Shown here piece by piece: positions 9,566-18,993 of a stretch of 64,000 nt of DNA. The stretch's first letter is position 1; each line of letters starts with the position of its first letter. Source of the stretch: a virus. Under the pieces are notes generated by a model. It was given only the letters and a program-made list of their open reading frames with translations. It was not told the DNA's origin and did no database searches. The position numbers and the translations under genes were made by a program. The stretch lies in the IMG/VR virus record IMGVR_UViG_3300020455_000616. One strand, given 5' to 3'.

Positions 9566-9713
9566 TAAATGACTCCATTATCGCATTAACACCTACGACT
9601 GTGGCATTTGGATTTCTTGCAAGAGCAACCTTTCTTGCTTCCTGATAATCTCTGGCATATACATCCTCATTAAAGAGTGTGCCAGCAACATACAATTGAA
9701 CTCTACATTTCAT
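9555..9713 (-). CDS. small hypothetical protein, 52 aa (not in ORF track)
   Basis: Manual translation MKCRVQLYVAGTLFNEDVYARDYQEARKVALARNPNATVVGVNAIMESFNED; ATGA overlap with dam stop. Confidence 0.7.
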   Translation of the reverse strand: MKCRVQLYVAGTLFNEDVYARDYQEARKVALARNPNATVVGVNAIMESFNED

Positions 9714-10573
9714 TTAAAGAACTCCATTAAACTACTCCTTTCATAATTTAGTAATAGTAACTCTTTACGAGTACTTTGATCACCCATGTAATCTCCTGTA
9801 GATCTCATGGTATATGTTAGTTCATATTCTGCTGCATCCCAACCAGCAAATCTATCCTTTACTAATTGAGAATTATTATATGATACTAATTGGTGAGACT
9901 CACATGCCTCACAATCTTCTGCAAATTTATCATGGTCGAATGTCTTATGCATTCCACCTTTCTTACCATATAGATTATCCTTAATATCATAAGGAGGATC
10001 TAAGTATATAAAAGAATCCATTCCATCTATCAACACCTCTTCATAAGAATAATTTGTTATAACCCAATTGGATATTAACTCTTGATATTCTGGAAGTTTT
10101 TCAATTCCTCTAACTGTAAAGTTGGAGGTACTTGCCTGAGGTGAGAAGGACGAGGACTCAGTAAGACCACTAAAACTGCACTTATTGATAATATAAAAAT
10201 TGATCGCAGTATCCAAGGCGGTAATTTCTTCTGCACTGATAGTCTCCTTTGCGTTCTTAAAAAGTTCTTTTGCTTTGTCTGGTGTATTGTGTTCCTCTTT
10301 GAGTTCTAACAATCTATCAGACATAACATCTCCAGATTCCTGAAGTTGCTGCCAAAATGTTGCTAATGGTTTGTATAAATCATTTACCCAGATAGGTAAA
10401 TTAGGATACAACTTAGTAACGTGTATAGCAAAAGACCCACCCCCAATAAAGGGTTCTCTATATTGCTCATAGGTTGCCAAGTTAGGTAGGTACTTCTCCA
10501 TCTTTATACAAGCACGAGACTTACCACCAGGATACCTTAGAGGTGTTTTAAGAGACTTCAGGGACTTATTCAT
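9710..10573 (-). CDS. dam: DNA adenine methyltransferase (Dam/D12 class)
   Basis: PLRYPGGKS, YREPFIGGGS (SAM binding), YLDPPY catalytic motif. Confidence 0.9.
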   Translation of the reverse strand: MNKSLKSLKTPLRYPGGKSRACIKMEKYLPNLATYEQYREPFIGGGSFAIHVTKLYPNLPIWVNDLYKPLATFWQQLQESGDVMSDRLLELKEEHNTPDKAKELFKNAKETISAEEITALDTAINFYIINKCSFSGLTESSSFSPQASTSNFTVRGIEKLPEYQELISNWVITNYSYEEVLIDGMDSFIYLDPPYDIKDNLYGKKGGMHKTFDHDKFAEDCEACESHQLVSYNNSQLVKDRFAGWDAAEYELTYTMRSTGDYMGDQSTRKELLLLNYERSSLMEFFK

Positions 10574-11091
10574 AGAATGCTATTTAAAGATTCTAGAAGT
10601 TCATCAGCAGTAATATTCTTTTCAGTTGGTTTAACATTCTCAGCAAGCATAGTGAAGTCACCTGCTTGAAGTTTAAATGTTGCACCTGCTCCATCAAGTT
10701 TGGATCTACTCTCAACAACATCCCATGTAGTAACACCAAGACTCATGTTCTTAGTATCAACTAAAAGCATATACTCAAAGGTTTTCTCCAAGTTTTGTTT
10801 GCTGCGACCAGGCATATTGTTCTTCAATATAACTTGTTTGCATGATCCATTCTTATTAAATAATCCCAAAGAACCTTTCATCTCATAAGGGACTCCATTA
10901 TTATCAACGAAGTCTTGACCATCTGCATAGTTACCAACATAAGTTAGTTGACCACCAGAATGCTTCTCAAAAGACTTCTCCTGTAGATAAGTCCTAAGAG
11001 GACGAAAGGCGTTAGTTTTTAGTTCTGTTGTATTAGTTGCATCAACACAACCAAAAAAACTATTCAAATCACAAAGGTTAATGTCAATCAT
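10570..11091 (-). CDS. hypothetical protein, possible PD-(D/E)xK nuclease fold
   Basis: E..F ... DGQDF ... PYEMKG spacing resembles a PD-(D/E)xK active site; ATGA overlap with dam. Confidence 0.45.
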   Translation of the reverse strand: MIDINLCDLNSFFGCVDATNTTELKTNAFRPLRTYLQEKSFEKHSGGQLTYVGNYADGQDFVDNNGVPYEMKGSLGLFNKNGSCKQVILKNNMPGRSKQNLEKTFEYMLLVDTKNMSLGVTTWDVVESRSKLDGAGATFKLQAGDFTMLAENVKPTEKNITADELLESLNSIL

Positions 11092-11417
11092 TAGGGAACA
11101 ATAATACCGTCTTGTACGGAGTCAGGGGTTACAATTTTACTAAACTGATTTACGTAATGATCTATTAATGCAGGATTAGGATCACCAACATAAACAACAT
11201 TACTCTTGCTAATTGTTATATCCTCAACAGGACTAGCAAGAAGAGGAGTCCATGATGCAAATCCAATGTTACCATCCTTAGTTGGAACTGCTACGATTCC
11301 TCCACGAATAGTAACTGAATCATCAGTCTCTTCTAGTAAATCTGCTACAACATCTTCTGTTGTTGTTAGACGAACAACTTTAACGTTCATCTCTTTTCTT
11401 GATCTTGGTTCAGTCAT
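11091..11417 (-). CDS. hypothetical protein
   Basis: VKVVRLTTTEDVVADL ... FASWTP pattern; coupled to gp44. Confidence 0.7.
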   Translation of the reverse strand: MTEPRSRKEMNVKVVRLTTTEDVVADLLEETDDSVTIRGGIVAVPTKDGNIGFASWTPLLASPVEDITISKSNVVYVGDPNPALIDHYVNQFSKIVTPDSVQDGIIVP

Positions 11418-12358
11418 TTGAATTTACATTCACACATTAGTTCGGTTAATGCCGCTAAGAGATTAATCTCTTGATCTGCAACAAACGCTATCTGATATTG
11501 ATACTTTGCAATAATCAGAACTGCGGCAGGTATGCTGCTAGGTTCCAAAGAATCGTACATACAATCGTAGATTCTTCTAAGAATAAGAGCAGGGTCATTG
11601 TCTAAGTTTTGAACGACCCATTTACGGACTTCCGTAAAATTCTTAGTCTTTAAATGTTTAACTAGATCCTCAGTCTTTACATCCCCAAAGGTTGCAAGGA
11701 TTGCAGAATCTATCTTTCCACTTACAGAGTATCGTTGACACTCGTTGAGGACTCTTCTCCAGTCAGGGAAGTGTTTGTTGATAAGTTCAGCAAGTACTTT
11801 CTTATCAGCATCTACCTTCTCTAGTTCTAGAATAGTTACTAATCTTCCGAAGAATTTTGCTGCAATTTCTTGTTTAAGTTTACCCTGAATACCAAACTCC
11901 ACCACAGAACATCTCGAATGGAGGGGTTCAATGATTTTATTTTTGTAGTTGCAAGTGAAAATGAATCTGCAGTTGTTGGAGAACTCCTCAATAGACGCTC
12001 TAAGAAGGAGTTGTACGTCGGAAGTGGTATTGTCTGCTTCGTCGATGATGATGACTTTATGCTTTGCCTCAGACGATAAAGAGACTGTTGCTGCGAAGTT
12101 CTTTGCATTGTTCCGAACAGTGTCAAGAAACCTGCCTTCATCCGATCCATTAATGACATAAGAATCTACTCCTAATTGATCACACAGTGCTTTAGCAACT
12201 GTTGTTTTACCACACCCTGCGGGACCAGAAAGAAGTAAGTTTGGTACTTCTCCTGCGTCTAAGAACTCAAGAAAAGTTTTCTTAATACTCTCAGGTAAAA
12301 TACATTCTTCAATTGTCTTGGGTCGATACTTCTCAACCCAAAGGAATTCATCCCTCAT
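11414..12358 (-). CDS. gp44: clamp loader large subunit
   Basis: LWVEKYRP, GPAGCGKTT, IIIDEAD, SRC motifs. Confidence 0.96.
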   Translation of the reverse strand: MRDEFLWVEKYRPKTIEECILPESIKKTFLEFLDAGEVPNLLLSGPAGCGKTTVAKALCDQLGVDSYVINGSDEGRFLDTVRNNAKNFAATVSLSSEAKHKVIIIDEADNTTSDVQLLLRASIEEFSNNCRFIFTCNYKNKIIEPLHSRCSVVEFGIQGKLKQEIAAKFFGRLVTILELEKVDADKKVLAELINKHFPDWRRVLNECQRYSVSGKIDSAILATFGDVKTEDLVKHLKTKNFTEVRKWVVQNLDNDPALILRRIYDCMYDSLEPSSIPAAVLIIAKYQYQIAFVADQEINLLAALTELMCECKFK

Positions 12359-12608
12359 AATTTCTCAATCTCACATAATATGGTGCTAGAGTCCAAGTAC
12401 TAAAAGTATCACCTGTAATACCTCTCTCTAGATTTAATTCTTGGAGCATACCCCAATCATCAGTGTCCCCAATAAGGATACGTACCCATTCTACACCATC
12501 TTCAAGCAATTGGACAGCTTTGTCTTGAGCATCTGTCCATTCATCATACTCTTGTTCACTTGTAATGTTCTTAGGATAAGAATCATCTAGTCCGCATACT
12601 TTGTACAT
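12348..12608 (-). CDS. hypothetical protein
   Basis: In-operon ORF overlapping gp44 start. Confidence 0.55.
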   Translation of the reverse strand: MYKVCGLDDSYPKNITSEQEYDEWTDAQDKAVQLLEDGVEWVRILIGDTDDWGMLQELNLERGITGDTFSTWTLAPYYVRLRNYEG

Positions 12609-12780
12609 GATCAGGTGGGTTCCAATGACGGATTACTCCGCTAACAATAAAGCAATTAGTGACAAGATAAGAAAGAAAGATAATAGATCGTATAATGACA
12701 ATAATATCGTCATACTTCTTGGTCTTCGCATCAGAAAATGAACCTAATGCATACTTCCATATCTCCCATAATTTAATCAT
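12583..12780 (-). CDS. small membrane hypothetical protein (MIKLWEIWKYALGSFSD...)
   Basis: Likely start 12780 coupled to the upstream 39-aa ORF; track start at 12867 overlaps that ORF. Confidence 0.55.
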   Translation of the reverse strand: MIKLWEIWKYALGSFSDAKTKKYDDIIVIIRSIIFLSYLVTNCFIVSGVIRHWNPPDHVQSMRTR

Positions 12781-12896
12781 TTTAGAATTTCCATTATAGC
12801 ATAATAAACGAATACAAGTGATCCAAAACCACCTATACATAAAATCAATCCAAGAAATCCAAAGCAATCCAATTTAAATGGAGCATACTTTTTCAT
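12777..12896 (-). CDS. 39-aa hydrophobic peptide (not in ORF track)
   Basis: MKKYAPFKLDCFGFLGLILCIGGFGSLVFVYYAIMEILK; ATGA overlaps at both ends. Confidence 0.5.
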   Translation of the reverse strand: MKKYAPFKLDCFGFLGLILCIGGFGSLVFVYYAIMEILK

Positions 12897-13822
12897 TTCT
12901 CAATCAATCCATCTAGAGATGGTATCTCTATTAAATCACGATAATCCTCATGTAGTTCACATCCAATGTAATCCCTACTTAATGACCTTGCTACCCTAGC
13001 AGTAGTACCAGATCCCATAAATGGATCTAATATAATATCTCCCTTTTGACTACCTGCCTTTATACATGGTTCAATAAGATCTGGTGGATACACTGCAAAG
13101 TGAGCACCTTTATAAGGTTTATTAGTTACCCTCCAAACAGATCTTTTATTCTTCTTAGCATACGATTTACTTAACCCAGTGTGAGGGGAAAGACCAGTGC
13201 CAGCATTATGATACTTACCTTTAGTACGATCTCTAGTACCCCAATCTTTTGCTGGTTCTTTGATTGCTTCATTGTCATAATAATACCTCTTGTTTTTACT
13301 TAATAGAAACAAATATTCATGGGATTTTGTACATCTATCCTTCACACTTTCTGGCATTGGATTAGGTTTATGCCATATAATATCTTGCCTTAAATACCAT
13401 CCATCTGCTCTTAATGCAAATGCTAACATCCAAGGTATTCCAATTAAATCTTTCTCTTTTAATCCTTCTAATTTATTACCTCTTTTATTGCACTTATCTG
13501 GTAGGTCTTGTTTAGTCTTGCTTACTGATTGTTTAGGATATGCCTGACCTTTACCAGGTCTATAGTTATAATAACTATCACCTATGTTAACCCATAATGT
13601 TCCATCATCTGTTAGGCAATCTCTTACCAATCCAAATACTTCAACTAAATTTTTTATGAAGTCTTCTGGTGACTGTTCCTGACCTATCTGGTTCTCTTCA
13701 CCACCATAGTCCCTAAGACCATAATAAGGCGGTGACGTTACACACATCCTCGCCTTATCTGTATATGAAGCAAACTGTTTTAACGTCTCTCTACAATCAC
13801 CATAGAGGATAGAATTTCTCAT
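12893..13822 (-). CDS. N4-cytosine/N6-adenine DNA methyltransferase (beta class)
   Basis: VTSPPY catalytic motif N-terminal, DPFMGSGTT SAM-binding motif C-terminal. Confidence 0.9.
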   Translation of the reverse strand: MRNSILYGDCRETLKQFASYTDKARMCVTSPPYYGLRDYGGEENQIGQEQSPEDFIKNLVEVFGLVRDCLTDDGTLWVNIGDSYYNYRPGKGQAYPKQSVSKTKQDLPDKCNKRGNKLEGLKEKDLIGIPWMLAFALRADGWYLRQDIIWHKPNPMPESVKDRCTKSHEYLFLLSKNKRYYYDNEAIKEPAKDWGTRDRTKGKYHNAGTGLSPHTGLSKSYAKKNKRSVWRVTNKPYKGAHFAVYPPDLIEPCIKAGSQKGDIILDPFMGSGTTARVARSLSRDYIGCELHEDYRDLIEIPSLDGLIEK

Positions 13823-14487
13823 TAACCAAAAGTTGAATCAGGTTCTAATGCAATAAAGTATGTAAGATCATAATCTTTACATTTAAACCTAGACAATAGT
13901 TTCTGAGATACAACAACCTCATAAGTACCAGGTATAATTTTAATATTTTCTACTTTAAAATTAAAGTTGAATACATCATTTGTCTCACCAACTGTAATAG
14001 CAAAGTCATTAGAAGTATCATTCTTCTTATCTCTAACAACAATCCTTACTACACCATTCTCACCAACGACTGCTAAGTCTGGTAACTGATAAATTGCTGC
14101 TGCCTTAAGCAAACGATCTAACTGTTGTGTATTCAATACAAATGATACATCCTCACTAGGAAGATCTAAATTCTTATCTGGTGGTGTAACTATTACGCTA
14201 GGATCAGCAAAGAAGTATTTGGATCTCATCCTACCTTCTTTAATAACTACATGACCTTCATTGTCAAAATCCAAATCAGGATTCTGATGTAGACCCATAC
14301 CATTAAGGAATTGATTCAAATCATATATTCCAAAATCTTTTGGGAATGATTCATTGACTTCTGCTTCTGCAAGAATATTCTTCATTACAGAGATTGTACG
14401 AAGTTTACTACCCTCTTTAAAAAGAATAGATTGATTGATGTTACTGAAGTTCTTAAGTAGATTAACAGTTTTATCAGAAAGTTTCAT
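13822..14487 (-). CDS. gp45: sliding clamp
   Basis: MKLSDKTVNLLKNFSNINQSILF, FGIYDLNQFL, YFIALE; start placed at MKLS. Confidence 0.94.
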   Translation of the reverse strand: MKLSDKTVNLLKNFSNINQSILFKEGSKLRTISVMKNILAEAEVNESFPKDFGIYDLNQFLNGMGLHQNPDLDFDNEGHVVIKEGRMRSKYFFADPSVIVTPPDKNLDLPSEDVSFVLNTQQLDRLLKAAAIYQLPDLAVVGENGVVRIVVRDKKNDTSNDFAITVGETNDVFNFNFKVENIKIIPGTYEVVVSQKLLSRFKCKDYDLTYFIALEPDSTFG

Positions 14488-15148
14488 AACGAGTGTTAGT
14501 ATAATCAGTTTCTTTAGTGTTGCCACTGAAGTAATAGAGGAGTAAGCAATAATGCATTGCTTTTAGTATATCTTGTTTTGCAGTTCCCTTCTTATCATAG
14601 CGACTCAAATACTTAAGTGCATTAGATCGACAGAATGATTCTGCATCACCTACAGAGTGAATAAGATCAAGAGTTTGAGTATCTGAATTCTTATTAGTGT
14701 AGTGTCCTTGATAGGTAGAAGAGACATAAGTTTTTAAGTCTTCAATACCTTTATCTTCTTGATACTTGTGAGATTTATAGTTTAAATCTGGTTGAGGTTT
14801 TGGATCATGAGCATCAGCAAAAGTTACAGTATCCTCAGTATTAAAGGTTACAGTATCATAACCACTAGTGTCAATGTTGAGAGATTCTGCTGCACCAACC
14901 ATGTTGTCTATTTGAAAATCAAATGCACTAGCATAAGGATTAGTTTCTATGGTTTTTTCAAATGGATTTTCAGTTAATCCATTTCTATCCCAATCATAGT
15001 AATACTGAGAATGCTTTGGTTCAGGATTAATTAGGTCATAGTCCTCACTTTCTAATGAGGTGATCCTATCATCATCTTTTGACTTTGGAGGATCATACTC
15101 ATCAGACTCCTGAGGTGTTACTCTATTCTCGTCACTCATAGTAGACAT
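14474..15148 (-). CDS. DUF3310-like hypothetical protein with acidic N-terminal extension
   Basis: HY ... FCRSNALKYLSRYDKKG ... DILKAMHY motif. Confidence 0.6.
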   Translation of the reverse strand: MSTMSDENRVTPQESDEYDPPKSKDDDRITSLESEDYDLINPEPKHSQYYYDWDRNGLTENPFEKTIETNPYASAFDFQIDNMVGAAESLNIDTSGYDTVTFNTEDTVTFADAHDPKPQPDLNYKSHKYQEDKGIEDLKTYVSSTYQGHYTNKNSDTQTLDLIHSVGDAESFCRSNALKYLSRYDKKGTAKQDILKAMHYCLLLYYFSGNTKETDYTNTRYETF

Positions 15149-15162
15149 TCTTTTCTCCTAAT

Positions 15163-15191
15163 ATTATACCAAGGATTCTTCTTCTTGTCCA
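15163..15191 (-). promoter_or_regulatory. sigma70-type promoter TGGACA-17bp-TATAAT
   Basis: Lies in the last codons of the AAA ATPase gene, followed by an AGGAG SD. Confidence 0.65.
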
Positions 15192-16318
15192 TCTTCTGCT
15201 GGTGCAAAATTAGGATCAACCTTGTCATAGAGTTCTAAGAAGGACTGCTTAGTCTCATCATCAAATCTATTGAGGCACATATTAACTGCCTTCTCCTTGT
15301 TATTGAAGATGCTATATGCACGGATGATGTGTGTCAAACGACGAGTACTAATAACTTCATCAATACCACCATCATAGAATGTCTTACGGATAATGTCTGC
15401 CCAGTCTACAAGACGCTGACAGAAGTCAGAGTGTTGATTAACTTCAGCATCACCATTAGCAAGACCAACTTCTATTGCCTTTGCTACAAGAATCTTAAAT
15501 TCAGTTGTAGGTGAAGGATACTGTTGTTCAAAGGTAACACAGAATCTTTCTAGGAATGCTTCATTAAGAACATTAGTTCCTATAAATCTACCATCATCAG
15601 ATCCCTTACCCTTTGTATTAGCAGTAGCAAGAATGTTGAATCCTTTAGCAGGTTTTACAAACTTACCAATCTTTTTAAGGAATACTCCTTTACCTTCTAA
15701 GATTGACTGGAGGCACAAGATTTTGTTAGAGGCAAGATCAACTTCGTCCAGAAGCAAGATTGCCCCTCTTTGTAATGCTTCGACAACAGGACCGTTGTGC
15801 CAAACAGTGCAACCATCAATAAGACGGAAACCGCCAATGAGATCATCTTCGTCCGTTTCGACTGTGATGTTGACACGAATTAACTCCCTTCCTAATTGAG
15901 CACACGCCTGTTCGACGCTAAATGTTTTACCATTACCAGATAGACCAGTAATAAATGTTGGATAAAACAACTTGGATTGAATAATTTTCTTAACGTCATT
16001 AAAGTTTCCAAACTTAACAAAAGTTGGATCTTTATCTGGGATAAGATTTTGAACTACAGAAGGAATTGCTGATGGAGCAGATGGAGCAGCAGGTGCTTTG
16101 AATGAACGCTCAATCTTCTCAACTGCTTTTGTAGTTACTTCCAAATTCCACTTACCCTTCTCTACTTTATGCTTAAGTAGTTTCTTAGTGACTGTTTGAT
16201 AACCAATATCATTCATGGCACAGAAGGCACGAATATCAGCAGCAGTAAATTGATTGCCGTATGTCTTCTTTAAACCATTTTTGATTTGGTCTTCGGTCAT
16301 TTTAATTTCAAAAGGCAT
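15164..16318 (-). CDS. cobS: MoxR/CobS-like AAA+ ATPase
   Basis: GLSGNGKT, LLLDEVD, ATANTKGKG, NEAFLERF, ISTRRL. Confidence 0.88.
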   Translation of the reverse strand: MPFEIKMTEDQIKNGLKKTYGNQFTAADIRAFCAMNDIGYQTVTKKLLKHKVEKGKWNLEVTTKAVEKIERSFKAPAAPSAPSAIPSVVQNLIPDKDPTFVKFGNFNDVKKIIQSKLFYPTFITGLSGNGKTFSVEQACAQLGRELIRVNITVETDEDDLIGGFRLIDGCTVWHNGPVVEALQRGAILLLDEVDLASNKILCLQSILEGKGVFLKKIGKFVKPAKGFNILATANTKGKGSDDGRFIGTNVLNEAFLERFCVTFEQQYPSPTTEFKILVAKAIEVGLANGDAEVNQHSDFCQRLVDWADIIRKTFYDGGIDEVISTRRLTHIIRAYSIFNNKEKAVNMCLNRFDDETKQSFLELYDKVDPNFAPAEDGQEEESLV

Positions 16319-16402
16319 AATGATGTATTTGTGTTGTATGTATATATTATATACTCTTACAATATGGAAGTATATAATAAGTGGACAGTTTTTTAACTGG
16401 TT

Positions 16403-18613
16403 TTATGCAATCAGGTCTACAAACTCTCCTAAGACTTTTTTGTTTAGTTTCTTAGTCTTAAGTGACTTAGTAAATGCCCTCTTGATCTCTGCCTTAGTTG
16501 CAAATTCTCCAACCTCAAACTCATCATCTTGAGCGAGAGTAGCAGAAGACAAACCAAAGTACTTATTGTATCCATCAAGTTCCATAGAGAAGCTCTTAGT
16601 CTTCTTCCATTGTGCTCTTGAACTAAGTGCTTCTGGACTATTCCATCCACAGTAACGATCAATAAAGTATCCAGCATCACGAGGAGCAAGAAGTCTAATA
16701 CCAATAAAGTTGATACCAGGATTCTCATCTTTTACATAGGTAATAAGAGTACCTGTAAAATCATTCCATGCATGCTTAACCCTATATGTTCTACCATTCT
16801 TACGGTTACGTAAATGATCACGCATTGCATGGATAGATGTTTGACCCAAATATGGTTTTGGTTCCCAATGACGTTCAACTGTTTTATGCTTAGGTAGATG
16901 ATTTGCTTCACCATCAGTAAGGATAACACATTGAACTTTTTGAACACCAGTCTCCTTTTTAAACTTTGGAAGAATCTGATTTAAAGCAACAATAGTCTCA
17001 TTTAAAGGTGTGCCAGATAGATTCAATCTTGGTGGAGTAGGATATGAGCAATAGTTCCTAGTTCCATATGCGATCTTCCAGATATTCATCATTTGCTTCT
17101 CAGACTCTTTACTGTTTGAATCACTAGTAAAGAATTCCATTAAAGAGAATCTATCATCTATAGCAAGCAATCCATCCTTTGGAGTATAGTGTGGAAGAGC
17201 GTCATACATTCCATTAGCATTTTGATGGAACTCATATGTAAATGCATAGACCTTAAAAGGAATACCAACCTTTCTACAAAACCATACAAGATTATATAAC
17301 TGCTTAATAGTATCCATTAAGCAAGTTGACATTGAACCTGACCAGTCAAGAATGAATACTAGACCATGATTCTTACCATCAGCAAGAGTTGTTACCTTTT
17401 TGAATAGATCTTCATTGTACTTGTAAGTATGAAGTTTAGTGCAGTCTAGAACACCAGTTTTAGATGTTGTAGCACGAGCATATGAGTCTGCTGCCTTCTT
17501 ACACTCAAATTCTTTAACAAGATAGTTGACTTCTTTTTGTGCAGACTTCTTGAACTTATTATATTCACTTAGTACTTCAGCATCATCCCTTCTCAAATAT
17601 TGAAGGTCTTCCTGATATTCTTTCTTGTCTGATTCATATTGATTCCAGAAGTCTTCTATGTATCCATGAACAGCAGCATTTGAATTGATAACAGTATTTA
17701 AATTTAGTTTAGGAAATTCAACATATTCATTTGGTTGTGCTTCATCATTAACTAAATCTTTAATTGCTTTTGCTAGTGCTCTATCAGTTCTAACTTGTGG
17801 TTCATCTGGTTCACCTTCAGGAGGACCACTTGCTTCATTACCTGCAACATCCTGACCAATCTCATCGTAAGGAATATCATCTTCACCTAAATCAGGACGA
17901 CCATCTTTTGTAGGTTCACCATCTTCTTCATCTTCTTCCATATTAGACTCATTATATGATTCAAATACATCCTCATTCAGATCGTCACCATCACCATTAT
18001 TACCTGCCATCTTCATGAACTCTTCAAACTCTTCCTCTTCCTTTGCCTCTTCTTCTTTTTGCTTCTCAAATTCTGCCTTGCAGTAGTTATACATCATCTC
18101 TGCTGCATATTCTGCATCTTCAAAAGTCTCAGCATCAGCAGTTAAATCAACAATCTTTTGCTCCTCTTCATTAAACTTGATTCCCATAAAAGGACCAATC
18201 TTAAAATGAATGTTGATTCTATCTGCAATATTCATCTCATCAATATTAACACCTTTAAGATCAAAGAAGTCATCTTTATATAATTGATTATAACCACCAT
18301 AGAATGTCTTAGGAAGACCTTCGTACTTACGCTTCATTAACTTCTCAATACGAGCATCTTCTGTAACATTGATAAATGCCTGAGGGAATTTTTTAGATGG
18401 ATCTCTATTAGGTGTGAATAATGCATGTCCTACTTCATGAGCAACTAACATATCATATACACTCTCTTCTGCATCCCACATTGGTAGAGTCAAGACACGA
18501 GTCTCAACATTGAACATTGCAGTCTCTACTTGCTTGTTCTCTATGATAAGATCTTCAGTAGCAAGTAACTTTGCTAGTTGACCTTTGATCTCTAGATTGA
18601 CTGTTTTGTTCAT
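16403..18613 (-). CDS. HExxH + vWA domain protein (partner of the MoxR-like ATPase)
   Basis: AHEVGH and EDARIE N-terminally, acidic linker, MIDAS DWSGSM, GTPL, LTDGE; start placed at MNKTV. Confidence 0.8.
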   Translation of the reverse strand: MNKTVNLEIKGQLAKLLATEDLIIENKQVETAMFNVETRVLTLPMWDAEESVYDMLVAHEVGHALFTPNRDPSKKFPQAFINVTEDARIEKLMKRKYEGLPKTFYGGYNQLYKDDFFDLKGVNIDEMNIADRINIHFKIGPFMGIKFNEEEQKIVDLTADAETFEDAEYAAEMMYNYCKAEFEKQKEEEAKEEEEFEEFMKMAGNNGDGDDLNEDVFESYNESNMEEDEEDGEPTKDGRPDLGEDDIPYDEIGQDVAGNEASGPPEGEPDEPQVRTDRALAKAIKDLVNDEAQPNEYVEFPKLNLNTVINSNAAVHGYIEDFWNQYESDKKEYQEDLQYLRRDDAEVLSEYNKFKKSAQKEVNYLVKEFECKKAADSYARATTSKTGVLDCTKLHTYKYNEDLFKKVTTLADGKNHGLVFILDWSGSMSTCLMDTIKQLYNLVWFCRKVGIPFKVYAFTYEFHQNANGMYDALPHYTPKDGLLAIDDRFSLMEFFTSDSNSKESEKQMMNIWKIAYGTRNYCSYPTPPRLNLSGTPLNETIVALNQILPKFKKETGVQKVQCVILTDGEANHLPKHKTVERHWEPKPYLGQTSIHAMRDHLRNRKNGRTYRVKHAWNDFTGTLITYVKDENPGINFIGIRLLAPRDAGYFIDRYCGWNSPEALSSRAQWKKTKSFSMELDGYNKYFGLSSATLAQDDEFEVGEFATKAEIKRAFTKSLKTKKLNKKVLGEFVDLIA

Positions 18614-18782
18614 TTTTTTCCTTTTGTATGTACACATTATAAAACCCCTTCCGTGGGGAAGAGGTGTTAAGTAGACGCTTTTTTAACTGTCTACGTCGTT
18701 CTCTTGCACTGCGTAATGCTTGAGGTTTAAGTGTACGCTTCGGTTCTTTGCCCGAATTGTGTTGCCAGTTAGGTAGTTTCAT
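18555..18782 (-). CDS. small basic hypothetical protein
   Basis: MKLPNWQHNSGKEPKRTLKPQALR..., coupled to upstream ORF. Confidence 0.5.
   Translation of the reverse strand: MKLPNWQHNSGKEPKRTLKPQALRSARERRRQLKKRLLNTSSPRKGFYNVYIQKEKNEQNSQSRDQRSTSKVTCY
18636..18665 (-). terminator. hairpin with T-tract abutting a TATAAT box
   Basis: ACCTCTTCC-ccac-GGAAGGGGT then TTT, TATAAT at 18641-18636. Confidence 0.45.
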
Positions 18783-18993
18783 CGAACTTTTTAAGTGAGT
18801 CCTTGAGATTGGATGAACAATCAGGAGGTTCAGGATCTACTATACCATAGATCTTCTTCCATTTGTTGTGCAATGCACCCATCATCCAAGATTGAGCAAG
18901 ACTATGAGGACCATTCTCAAGCAGATCTAACTCATACTTGCTATTGGTGTATGCCTTCATCTCCTCTCGCCAATTGGAATCATCCTTGTCCAC
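18769..18993 (-). CDS. hypothetical protein
   Basis: In-operon ORF overlapping the epimerase end. Confidence 0.6.
   Translation of the reverse strand: MDKDDSNWREEMKAYTNSKYELDLLENGPHSLAQSWMMGALHNKWKKIYGIVDPEPPDCSSNLKDSLKKFDETT

Noticed and set aside
15164-16318. Linking the CobS-like gene to cobalamin supply for the B12 radical SAM enzymes
   Set aside because: It is a generic MoxR-type AAA+ common to T4-like cyanophages; no cobN or other cob genes in the window, so the link rests only on a name
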